Below the pieces are notes generated by a model. It saw only the letters and a list, made by a program, of their open reading frames with translations. It was not told the DNA's origin and did not search any database. Positions 1-8,033 of a DNA stretch of 58,181 nucleotides are shown one piece after another (position 1 is the first letter of the stretch; every line of letters starts with the position of its first letter). Source of the stretch: a virus (taxonomy: Duplodnaviria > Caudoviricetes). Both the position numbers and the translations under genes were made by a program. Location: the IMG/VR virus record IMGVR_UViG_3300030330_005553, positions 1-58,181 of that record; one strand, given 5' to 3'.

Positions 1-1789
1 AACTGAATTTAGATTTATTACCACTGATCAAGATACTCCACCAACTGATTCATCGCCTATATTTTTTCACCACACAGGTTCATCTGCTGCTACATATTTG
101 GATAGTTTGGTTGCTGAAATTAATGCTGCTAATATTGGGGTATCTGCAGTAGATGGTACAACAGAATTACAATTAACAGCATCAAGTACTGGTCTAAGTG
201 GTAATTCAATATCAGTTGATACTGGATCTGGTGCCACTATGAGTGATCAAATAACACTTGCTGGTGGAACTGCAGACTCAACTACTGGTGGTTCATTACT
301 TACCTTAGAGGTGTTAGGTGACGGAACACAGTTTAATAATAATGTTGACACAATCGGCACAGACGGTTTATTGACACCAAGAATAAACGCTACGGGTAAT
401 GAACATTTTAATTCTGGTAGTTTTGGTGGTAGAGCTGATAACGTAAGATATGAAATATCACAGAGAAATACTGCTAAAGGTACTTTTACCTTATTGATAA
501 GAGCCGGTAATGATACTAATAAAAGAAAGGTAATTTTAGAGACACATGCTAACCTATCCTTAGATCCTGAGAGTACAGATTATATTCTAAAAAGAATCGG
601 TAATCAAGGTAATGAAGTTGCTGTCGAGGATGGGGTTGCCTTCCTAAAACCAACTGGAGAGTATCCAAATCAGTCTAAATATGTAAGAGTTAGTGATTTA
701 CCTGATGCTAATAAGACACCAAATTACTTAGATGAAAATGGGGATGTCTTAACACCAGCACTGTCAGCTTCAATACCACCAGTTGGTAGTGGAAGTGCTC
801 ATGGTGCTTTCAGTGGTGGCGTATTTTCGACAGAAATAGCACATCCATTTAAATTTTATGATGATATAAGCCCTACTAACTCACAAGGTATAGACGTAGC
901 AACAAGTGGTGCTGCTGTAGGTGATTCATCAGTGGGTGGTGGATATGGAACTGCTCTAAGTATGTTGAAGAATAAAGATGAGTTTAACTTTAACTTACTG
1001 TTTTTACCTGGAATAATAGATGGTAATGCTAATCATTCAGGTATTATAACTCAAGCCATTGATCTTTGTGAATCTAGAACCGATTGCTTCTTAGTATATG
1101 ATGCTACGAATAAAACAAGTACTGTTACTAATGTAACAACAAATGCGAAAACTCGTAATTCAAGTTACGCTGCTACTTACTATCCATGGGTTCAGATACA
1201 AGATACTTCACTAGGAACTTTTAGGTATGTCCCACCATCGACTGTTATTGCCGGTGTGTATCATTTCAATGATGTGATTGGACAACCTTGGTTTGCTCCT
1301 GCCGGACTGAACAGAGGTGGTATTGACTCAGCGATACAGGCTTATAAGAAATTATCACAGTCACAGAGGGATACACTGTATGATAACAATGTAAACCCAA
1401 TTGCTACATTTCCAGGACAAGGTGTGACTGTTTTCGGACAGAAAACCACACAGAAGAAAGCCAGTGCTTTGGATCGTGTGAATGTGAGAAGATTGTTGAT
1501 CAACATCAAATCTTTTGTTGCTAGGTCTTCAAGAAACCTTGTATTCGAACAAAACACAACTGATCTAAGAGATCAATTCCTAAACACTGTGAATCCTTTC
1601 TTAGAACAAGTTCAGGCAAATGCTGGATTGCAAGCCTTTGAAGTTGTGATGGATGATACAAATAACACACCTGAAACAATTGACAGAAATCAGTTAGTAG
1701 GATTGATTAGATTACAACCAACGAGAACTGCCGAGTTCATCGTATTAGACTTCGTAATTGAGCCATCTGGCGCCGCTTTTGATGGGTAA
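1..1789 (+). CDS. Contractile tail sheath protein (T4 gp18-like), 5'-truncated by the window edge
   Basis: Frame open from base 2; C-terminal sheath motifs YYPW, PWFAPAGLNRG, NPIATFPGQG, GQKT, DRVNVRRL, PTRTAEFI. Confidence 0.95.
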   Translation, partial: TEFRFITTDQDTPPTDSSPIFFHHTGSSAATYLDSLVAEINAANIGVSAVDGTTELQLTASSTGLSGNSISVDTGSGATMSDQITLAGGTADSTTGGSLLTLEVLGDGTQFNNNVDTIGTDGLLTPRINATGNEHFNSGSFGGRADNVRYEISQRNTAKGTFTLLIRAGNDTNKRKVILETHANLSLDPESTDYILKRIGNQGNEVAVEDGVAFLKPTGEYPNQSKYVRVSDLPDANKTPNYLDENGDVLTPALSASIPPVGSGSAHGAFSGGVFSTEIAHPFKFYDDISPTNSQGIDVATSGAAVGDSSVGGGYGTALSMLKNKDEFNFNLLFLPGIIDGNANHSGIITQAIDLCESRTDCFLVYDATNKTSTVTNVTTNAKTRNSSYAATYYPWVQIQDTSLGTFRYVPPSTVIAGVYHFNDVIGQPWFAPAGLNRGGIDSAIQAYKKLSQSQRDTLYDNNVNPIATFPGQGVTVFGQKTTQKKASALDRVNVRRLLINIKSFVARSSRNLVFEQNTTDLRDQFLNTVNPFLEQVQANAGLQAFEVVMDDTNNTPETIDRNQLVGLIRLQPTRTAEFIVLDFVIEPSGAAFDG

Positions 1790-1803
1790 AATTTAGGAAG
1801 TTT

Positions 1804-1818
1804 ATATTTATTGGTATA
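1804..1818 (+). promoter_or_regulatory. Putative phage late-promoter motif ATATTTATTGGTATA upstream of the tail tube gene
   Basis: One mismatch from the motif at 3504-3519 and 46259-46274; followed by AGGAG RBS. Confidence 0.55.
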
Positions 1819-1829
1819 GGAGATAAATT

Positions 1830-2318
1830 ATGGCAACATTATTAGAAGCAGATAAACTTTTTTATACACCGTATGAACCGAAGTTAAAAAATAGATATAT
1901 CTTCGAGATCGGTGGAATTCCTGCTTTTACAATCAAATCTGCTCAAAGACCTCAGATCACTTTTGATGAGGTGACTCTTGAGCATATGAATATTACGAAA
2001 TATGTAAAAGGTAAGGGAAGATGGCAACCGATCACTATCACACTTTACGATCCGATCGTGCCGTCTGCTGCTTCAGCTGTTGTTGAGTGGTTGAGATTAC
2101 ATCATGAGAGTTCTACTGGTCGTGATGGATACCAAGACTTCTATAAGAAAAATATAAATTTCAAAGTGTTGGGACCTGTAGGTGACATCGTTGAAAAATG
2201 GACTTTATATGGTACATACATTCAAGATGCTACTTTTGGTGATTTAGATTTCACTGTTTCAGATCCTGTTGAAATTACATTACAATTAAGATACGATTAC
2301 GCTATATTGGAGTTCTAA
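1830..2318 (+). CDS. Tail tube protein (T4 gp19-like)
   Basis: 162 aa directly after sheath; WQPITITLYD, W(L)R, YKK, GDLDF, LRYDY pattern; AGGAG RBS. Confidence 0.9.
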   Translation: MATLLEADKLFYTPYEPKLKNRYIFEIGGIPAFTIKSAQRPQITFDEVTLEHMNITKYVKGKGRWQPITITLYDPIVPSAASAVVEWLRLHHESSTGRDGYQDFYKKNINFKVLGPVGDIVEKWTLYGTYIQDATFGDLDFTVSDPVEITLQLRYDYAILEF

Positions 2319-2509
2319 TGAAAAACTTACTAAAGATATTATTATCAGCAATCTTTCTTTTCGGTGCCGTCCCAACGTTGAACGCTATGGATATGAAGAT
2401 GGAAAACTCAGAGGAGATTAAGAAGAAGAAAAAGAAAAAGAAGAAGAAAGGTGCTAAAGGTAAGAAAAAGAAGAAAGGTTTTTTCTCAAAAGCATTTGGT
2501 TCTAAGTAA
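2318..2509 (+). CDS. Small polybasic peptide with N-terminal signal sequence
   Basis: TAATG overlap with tube gene; n/h/c signal-peptide layout, K10 and K5 runs, C-terminal GFFSKAFGSK. Confidence 0.7.
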   Translation: MKNLLKILLSAIFLFGAVPTLNAMDMKMENSEEIKKKKKKKKKKGAKGKKKKKGFFSKAFGSK

Positions 2510-2537
2510 CCAATAGTTATTACATCAAGGAGTTATA

Positions 2538-3290
2538 ATGGCAGAACATAAGTTCCCTACGGAAGTTATCGATTTACCCTCGTTAGGAAAAGTGTATCCA
2601 AAAGGTTCACCGTTGATCGATGGTAAGATTGAATTAAAATATATGACGACTAAAGAAGAAGATATCCTTATGTCTCAGAATCTCATCAAAAAAGGTGTGG
2701 TGATTGACAAACTATTGGATAGTCTGATCGTTACCGAAGGTGTGAAACAAGATGATTTAATCCTTGGTGATAAAAATGCCGTATTGGTTGCAGCTCGTAT
2801 ATTGGCATATGGTCCTGAATACACATGTGCTGTTGCTAATCCAAAAAATCCTGATCAACAGATTGAACATACATTTGATTTATCACAGTGTCCGTTTAAA
2901 GAAGTTGTGAAAGGTGTGGATTACAGTGATAATTCATTTGATTATACGACTCCTGTTGGTAAAACAAAACTAAAATTCAAAATACTTACAGGTAAGGATG
3001 AAGCACAGATTGAAAAGGATGTAAAACAATCGGCTAAGTTTGGTTACAATGCTGATATAACTACACGATTAAGATATATGATAACCGAAGTAGATGGTGA
3101 CTCATCTAAAGAAATGATAAATTCCTACACACAAAACATGTTGGCTCGTGATTCAGTGGCATTTAGAAAATATGTCAATGATATATCACCAGACATAGAA
3201 TTGACACAAGAAATCGAAATAGGAGGTGAAACTGTGAGCGTATCAATTCCGCTTACAGTCGAGTTTTTTTGGCCTAGCTCCATCGAATAA
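2538..3290 (+). CDS. Baseplate hub assembly / tail assembly chaperone (T4 gp26-like)
   Basis: LPSxG, MTTKEEDIL, GDKNAVLVAARILAYG motifs; lies between tube and tape measure; AAGGAG RBS. Confidence 0.75.
   Translation: MAEHKFPTEVIDLPSLGKVYPKGSPLIDGKIELKYMTTKEEDILMSQNLIKKGVVIDKLLDSLIVTEGVKQDDLILGDKNAVLVAARILAYGPEYTCAVANPKNPDQQIEHTFDLSQCPFKEVVKGVDYSDNSFDYTTPVGKTKLKFKILTGKDEAQIEKDVKQSAKFGYNADITTRLRYMITEVDGDSSKEMINSYTQNMLARDSVAFRKYVNDISPDIELTQEIEIGGETVSVSIPLTVEFFWPSSIE
3261..3273 (+). other. Putative +1 programmed ribosomal frameshift site GAG TTT TTT TGG C
   Basis: U7 run near the end of the chaperone gene; the +1 frame is open to 3495, the -1 frame stops at 3275. Confidence 0.6.
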
Positions 3291-3495
3291 ATTAGAAATA
3301 CACCAATCTATATTTTATTTCATCTATGGTGCTCCTGGTTTCACCTTTGATGATGTTTACAACATGCCAGTTCATATGAGAAATTATTATTTCAAAGAAC
3401 TCATGGCATTGAAAAAGAAAGAAAAAGAACAAGTTGATCAAGCCAGACAACAACCCAAACCCACGATTCCAAGACAATTTCAACCCAAGAAATAA
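3271..3495 (+). CDS. Start-less ORF (gp51-like / chaperone C-terminal extension): GLAPSNKLEIHQSIFYFIYGAPGFTFDDVYNMPVHMRNYYFKELMALKKKEKEQVDQARQQPKPTIPRQFQPKK
   Basis: Translated by hand; missing from the ORF track; fills the gap; DVYNMPxxxRxxY resembles gp51-like proteins; no ATG/GTG/TTG before 3364. Confidence 0.7.
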   Translation, partial: GLAPSNKLEIHQSIFYFIYGAPGFTFDDVYNMPVHMRNYYFKELMALKKKEKEQVDQARQQPKPTIPRQFQPKK

Positions 3496-3503
3496 CTATC
3501 TTT

Positions 3504-3519
3504 GATATTTATTAGTATA
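3504..3519 (+). promoter_or_regulatory. Putative late-promoter motif GATATTTATTAGTATA
   Basis: Exact 16-bp copy at 46259-46274; precedes AGGAG RBS. Confidence 0.55.
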
Positions 3520-3535
3520 TTAGGAGAACTGTATC

Positions 3536-3745
3536 ATGTCCTACATGAGTAACAAATCAATATTATCAGAGGGTGTTTTAGACTATATAGTGAAGAAATA
3601 CTTTCTACCAAAAGCCCTTAAAAAAGATAAAGAGTATCAAAGATTGGCTAAAAAAGCTGACAAGGCTCTGAAAGACTTTCAAGATGCAGTCAATGCCGAA
3701 TTAAAAAGATTAGAAACCAATAAGAAAGTTGATGTAGATTACTAA
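3536..3745 (+). CDS. Hypothetical protein (possibly virion-associated)
   Basis: AGGAG RBS; TAATG-coupled to the tape measure gene. Confidence 0.7.
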   Translation: MSYMSNKSILSEGVLDYIVKKYFLPKALKKDKEYQRLAKKADKALKDFQDAVNAELKRLETNKKVDVDY

Positions 3746-5676
3746 TGGCAAGTGAAAAACAAGCAGAAAGATTAAAATTAGCCCAAGATTTAGCTAATGA
3801 TGCTATTGAAAGTGGTAATGAATTATATCGTGATTTAGGTAGACTTCTTCAAGGTCGTATCTCACAGACTAAAACTCTCGGTGAAGTAAATAAACAGATA
3901 ATGCACAACCTTTCTCGGCAATTACAAGCTGAAAAAAGGGGATTATCTAACGATGAAAAAAGAAAGGGTTTGGCAACTTCTTTAGCATATGCTAAAGCCA
4001 GTATGAATAAGTTAGAGCAAAAGGGTAAGGGAAATATTGCCGAACAATTAAAATTAGTTGTACAACTTTTAGAAGTTGAAGAAGCAAGTTTAGATAAAGC
4101 AGAACGAAAAAATGAAGTTTTTGACCAATTAGTAGAAAAAGCAAAAGATTTACGAAATAAACTAACGATTGCTGCTTTATTTACTGGTATAACTACAGCT
4201 GCTTTTAAGTTTGCTGCAAGAATAGATAAAATAGGTGAAACATTTGGTAGTTTAAATGTTTTAGGAAAAGATTTTCAAACAGATTTATTAGCATCATCAG
4301 TTGAAGCTACAAAACTCGGTGGTGGATTAGAGGATGTTGCCAATATAACCAATGCTTTGGCTTCTGATTTTGGTATGAGTGTTGATCAGGCTGCTCAATT
4401 ATCAGGTAAGGTATTTGATACGAGTAAAGCTATCGGTTTATCTGCTGAAGAGGGTGCTAATTTATTTGGAGTATTGACACAAACAGCCAATCTAAGTGCC
4501 GAACAGGCAGAAAGTCTTGCTGAAGGTACTTTTCAGTTAGCCAGACAAGCCGGTGTTGCTCCTAATGCCGTATTAAAAGACTTAGCTGGTTCTGCCGAGG
4601 AAATTGCCCTTTTCACAGAAGACGGTGGGGATAATATAGCAGAAGCAGCTGTTCAAGCCAGAAGACTTGGATTAAGTTTAAGCACAACAGCAAAAATATC
4701 TGAAGGACTTCTTGATTTTGAATCTTCTATTAGAGCAGAACAAGAAGCATCAGTTCTCATTGGTAGACAGTTAAATTTACAACGTGCTCGTGAACTTGCT
4801 CTTCAAAATGATATTGCTGGTGCCACAAAAGAAGTAGTTGCTCAGTTAGGTAGTGAGGCAGAGTTCACAAGAATGAATGCCTTAGAAAGACAGGCTCTTG
4901 CTAAATCCATTGGTGTATCTGTCAGTGAATTATCAAAATTAGTAGGTCAAAGTGATAAACTTAGTCTTAGTGGTTCTTTAGCTGCTGGTAATTTTGAGGA
5001 TTTATTAGGACAAGAAGGTTTGAGTAATCTATCATCAATCATAGGTGAATTCAAAGCATTAGGTGCAGAATTGGTTAATTCATTAGGACCTGCTCTTGAA
5101 ACTGCTGTAGGATCTTTCAGAGATTTTTTAAAAGAAGGTGGAGGTCTTGAAAAAATATCAAGTATCATCACTTCACTTGGAAAAGGTTTTGAAGTAGTTG
5201 CTGGTAGCTTACCCACTGTGATAGGATTATTTGTTGCTCTTAAATCGGTTTCGATTGGAGCTGCAATTGCGAGTGCTATGGCTGCTACAAGTGCCGTTGC
5301 TGCGGCTACTTTGGGTATTGGTGTACCTGTGCTTCTTGGAGTCTTGGCAGCAGCTGCAACCAAAATAGCTCAATTTACAACTGTTGATGATTTCAAGTCA
5401 GGACCTGGTGGTATAAACTTTATGTCAGGACCTGCTGGTGCTTTCAAACTAAATCCACGAGACTCGGTTTTGGCAACCACCAATCCAATACAAGTAAATG
5501 ATATGATGTCAGGACCGCCAGGATCATTGGGTGGTGGTGGAACAAACGTACAGATATCATCCAAGATGGTAAAACTCGGTGGTGGTGATTTAGGATTGGC
5601 TATTGATGCTTTTACATATCCGGCAAACACAGGCCAAGGAAGGACTAAATTCGAATCCTTGGTGGGTAGGGGATAA
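3745..5676 (+). CDS. Tail tape measure protein
   Basis: 643 aa, Ala/Leu/Gly-rich helical sequence with a hydrophobic segment near the C-terminus; canonical position after tube and chaperone. Confidence 0.8.
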   Translation: MASEKQAERLKLAQDLANDAIESGNELYRDLGRLLQGRISQTKTLGEVNKQIMHNLSRQLQAEKRGLSNDEKRKGLATSLAYAKASMNKLEQKGKGNIAEQLKLVVQLLEVEEASLDKAERKNEVFDQLVEKAKDLRNKLTIAALFTGITTAAFKFAARIDKIGETFGSLNVLGKDFQTDLLASSVEATKLGGGLEDVANITNALASDFGMSVDQAAQLSGKVFDTSKAIGLSAEEGANLFGVLTQTANLSAEQAESLAEGTFQLARQAGVAPNAVLKDLAGSAEEIALFTEDGGDNIAEAAVQARRLGLSLSTTAKISEGLLDFESSIRAEQEASVLIGRQLNLQRARELALQNDIAGATKEVVAQLGSEAEFTRMNALERQALAKSIGVSVSELSKLVGQSDKLSLSGSLAAGNFEDLLGQEGLSNLSSIIGEFKALGAELVNSLGPALETAVGSFRDFLKEGGGLEKISSIITSLGKGFEVVAGSLPTVIGLFVALKSVSIGAAIASAMAATSAVAAATLGIGVPVLLGVLAAAATKIAQFTTVDDFKSGPGGINFMSGPAGAFKLNPRDSVLATTNPIQVNDMMSGPPGSLGGGGTNVQISSKMVKLGGGDLGLAIDAFTYPANTGQGRTKFESLVGRG

Positions 5677-5679
5677 TCC

Positions 5680-7761
5680 ATGGGTTTAGAGAGATTACAA
5701 TCGATATTTAATAATATAGAGGATAATGTACAATCTTTAGAAGATGGTATACCTGTTGAATCCATAAGTAATTCTTTGTTTGATGATTTTCATTCTTTTG
5801 GAACACAAGGGAATCGTTCTGAACTCATTGAAATAACCAAAATCAACAAGAAACAAAACCCATCACCTTTGATGGCAATAAATGGTATTTTCACAGAAGA
5901 TGGAACTCCAATACCCATAGATCCTGTAAATGGACACAATTTTAAACAGATTAGAATCAACGACAATGCCGGAACAAATTTATTAAAGACAGTAAATAAT
6001 GAACATGGTTTCGGAGAAATAGTTTCGAGTGTCCCTAATGTTAGTCCTATTAATTTAGGTAAAGGAGATTTCGTCTTTGGGTCATTATTTGCTCATAATC
6101 ACTCCGATTCAATACAAAGACCGACTATTAATAGTTTACCAGGTACTTTACGAAGTGATTTACAGCTATATATTGAACCAACAAATAAAGGAAACTTAAA
6201 TATAAAGTCACATTCACCAAATATTGGATCTAGTAGAAATGGACTCTTTGGTTTTATAAAAGAACCATACATAACTCATAATATACCAAAAAGTGGTGGT
6301 GCAGTGGGTGGTATCAAATCTGGTTATAATAGGGACACAATTCCTTGGAGAGCTGGACTTGAAGATGTAACAAGATTGGGTGCCTTTTATAGTTCTAATA
6401 AAGGATTGTTATCACTTGCTGCTGAAAATATTACCAACGTTTCTGTCGGTGATGGTTTTACTTTGGCTGAACCATTTGGTAGTTTGTTACTTCCAGCATT
6501 TCCAATTCCAATGACTGGTTTTCTGAATAATTATCAACAAAGTAAACAAGGAAAATTTCAAGGTATTGAATTTCCTGGTAAATTAAAAGAATTATTGAAA
6601 ATGGAAGGCATACCTGGTTTTGGTGATGGTTCGATAAGAAAACCTGGGGTGGGTCAATATAGTGACATGTTCAATCAAATAACTAAAAGACCTTTTATTG
6701 CTGCCAATCATGGAGATACTGAGCCTTTTTTTAATACTGATTTTACGAATCCGATAAAATTATCGATAAAACAAAATGTAGAAGCAAAAAGAATTGATAG
6801 AAAAATCAAACTTAGGGAAGGTGCGAAGCTATACGTCGCAGATCCAAATGATACTGGTTTGTCTGTCGAAGCCGGAAGAAGTTTAGATAGAAGGGATAAA
6901 ATATATAATTTTGGTGCAACTGCCGGAAACGGAATAATTGGTGGACTAAATAAGGGTCTAGCAGGCTTAAATAAATTAGAAAATCTTGCTAGAAAGGCAG
7001 CACAAGCTGCAATTGACGTAGCAAAAGAAGAATTCAACAAGATTGCAGATCAAGGTGTTGCCTTACCTCAAAATCCAACTCCAAATTTTTTAGGACTTGG
7101 TAAAGATAGAGAAAGACTAGGTGGAAAATTCACAGTATATAAAGATATTTTTTCTGAAGCCAATCCAAGAGACTTTGCTTTAGAAGATTTTTCAACAGTC
7201 GATCCAGGTGATTTTTATGTCAGAATATCTGATGAAAGAGATGGAGGTCAATTATTATATTTCAGAGGATTTGTAACAGGTATCACAGAAAATGTTACAC
7301 CTACTTGGAATCCAACCCAATATGTGGGTAGATCAGAAGATGTTTATATTTATCAAAAAGGTGAAAGAGATTTAAGTTTTAATCTTAGAGTTGCTCCTCG
7401 TAATGGAGAAGAACTTGAAGCTATGTACGAAAAGATGCAAGTTTTAACTTCTTTAGCATATCCTAACTATTTACCAGATGCGGGTTTAAGAATGCAACCA
7501 CCTTTCTCGACCCTTTATATGGCACATATCGGTAGTAAAGCAACAGGTCAATTTGGTTTTATAAAATCAATCACATATACTGTGAATGAACAAGGTGATT
7601 GGGATGCCTTATCACAAAAGGCAAGAGTTTTCGATATTGCCCTATCCTATCAAATACTACATAAAAAACCACCACAGGCTTATCCATACACCAGATATTA
7701 TGATTTAAAACCAGACGATGTCCAAGAGGATATGACATACATTGGGGGTGATTTAGCATAA
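5680..7761 (+). CDS. Baseplate / tail-tube-initiator-like protein
   Basis: C-terminal FRGFVTGITENVTPTWNPTQYVGRSEDVYIYQKGERDLSFNL resembles a tube-fold domain; synteny. Confidence 0.55.
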   Translation: MGLERLQSIFNNIEDNVQSLEDGIPVESISNSLFDDFHSFGTQGNRSELIEITKINKKQNPSPLMAINGIFTEDGTPIPIDPVNGHNFKQIRINDNAGTNLLKTVNNEHGFGEIVSSVPNVSPINLGKGDFVFGSLFAHNHSDSIQRPTINSLPGTLRSDLQLYIEPTNKGNLNIKSHSPNIGSSRNGLFGFIKEPYITHNIPKSGGAVGGIKSGYNRDTIPWRAGLEDVTRLGAFYSSNKGLLSLAAENITNVSVGDGFTLAEPFGSLLLPAFPIPMTGFLNNYQQSKQGKFQGIEFPGKLKELLKMEGIPGFGDGSIRKPGVGQYSDMFNQITKRPFIAANHGDTEPFFNTDFTNPIKLSIKQNVEAKRIDRKIKLREGAKLYVADPNDTGLSVEAGRSLDRRDKIYNFGATAGNGIIGGLNKGLAGLNKLENLARKAAQAAIDVAKEEFNKIADQGVALPQNPTPNFLGLGKDRERLGGKFTVYKDIFSEANPRDFALEDFSTVDPGDFYVRISDERDGGQLLYFRGFVTGITENVTPTWNPTQYVGRSEDVYIYQKGERDLSFNLRVAPRNGEELEAMYEKMQVLTSLAYPNYLPDAGLRMQPPFSTLYMAHIGSKATGQFGFIKSITYTVNEQGDWDALSQKARVFDIALSYQILHKKPPQAYPYTRYYDLKPDDVQEDMTYIGGDLA

Positions 7762-8030
7762 TGAGTAGATACGATTCCATATCAAAAATAGAGGATAAAA
7801 AAATTCAAAGGATAGGTGCCGCGACCTTACCTACAGTAGAGGAAAGTAATACCGATACTCTTTTAATAGCAACCGAGGGTGATAGGTGTGATCTATTGGC
7901 AGTTGAGTTTTATGGAACACCAACACTTTGGTGGTTTGTAGCTACAGTGAATGGATTATCTAGTAATAATATACCCGTTGGGACACAACTTAGGATACCT
8001 ATTTCCGCAACACAAGCAGTGTTGGAGTAA
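7761..8030 (+). CDS. LysM-like baseplate wedge protein (gp53/tail X-like)
   Basis: EGDRCDLLAVEFYGTPTLWWFVATVN...GTQLRIP. Confidence 0.8.
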   Translation: MSRYDSISKIEDKKIQRIGAATLPTVEESNTDTLLIATEGDRCDLLAVEFYGTPTLWWFVATVNGLSSNNIPVGTQLRIPISATQAVLE

Positions 8031-8033
8031 ATT

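Noticed and set aside
3263-3277. Classical -1 frameshift at G TTT TTT
   Set aside because: The -1 frame reads TTG GCC TAG and stops at once; only +1 is productive
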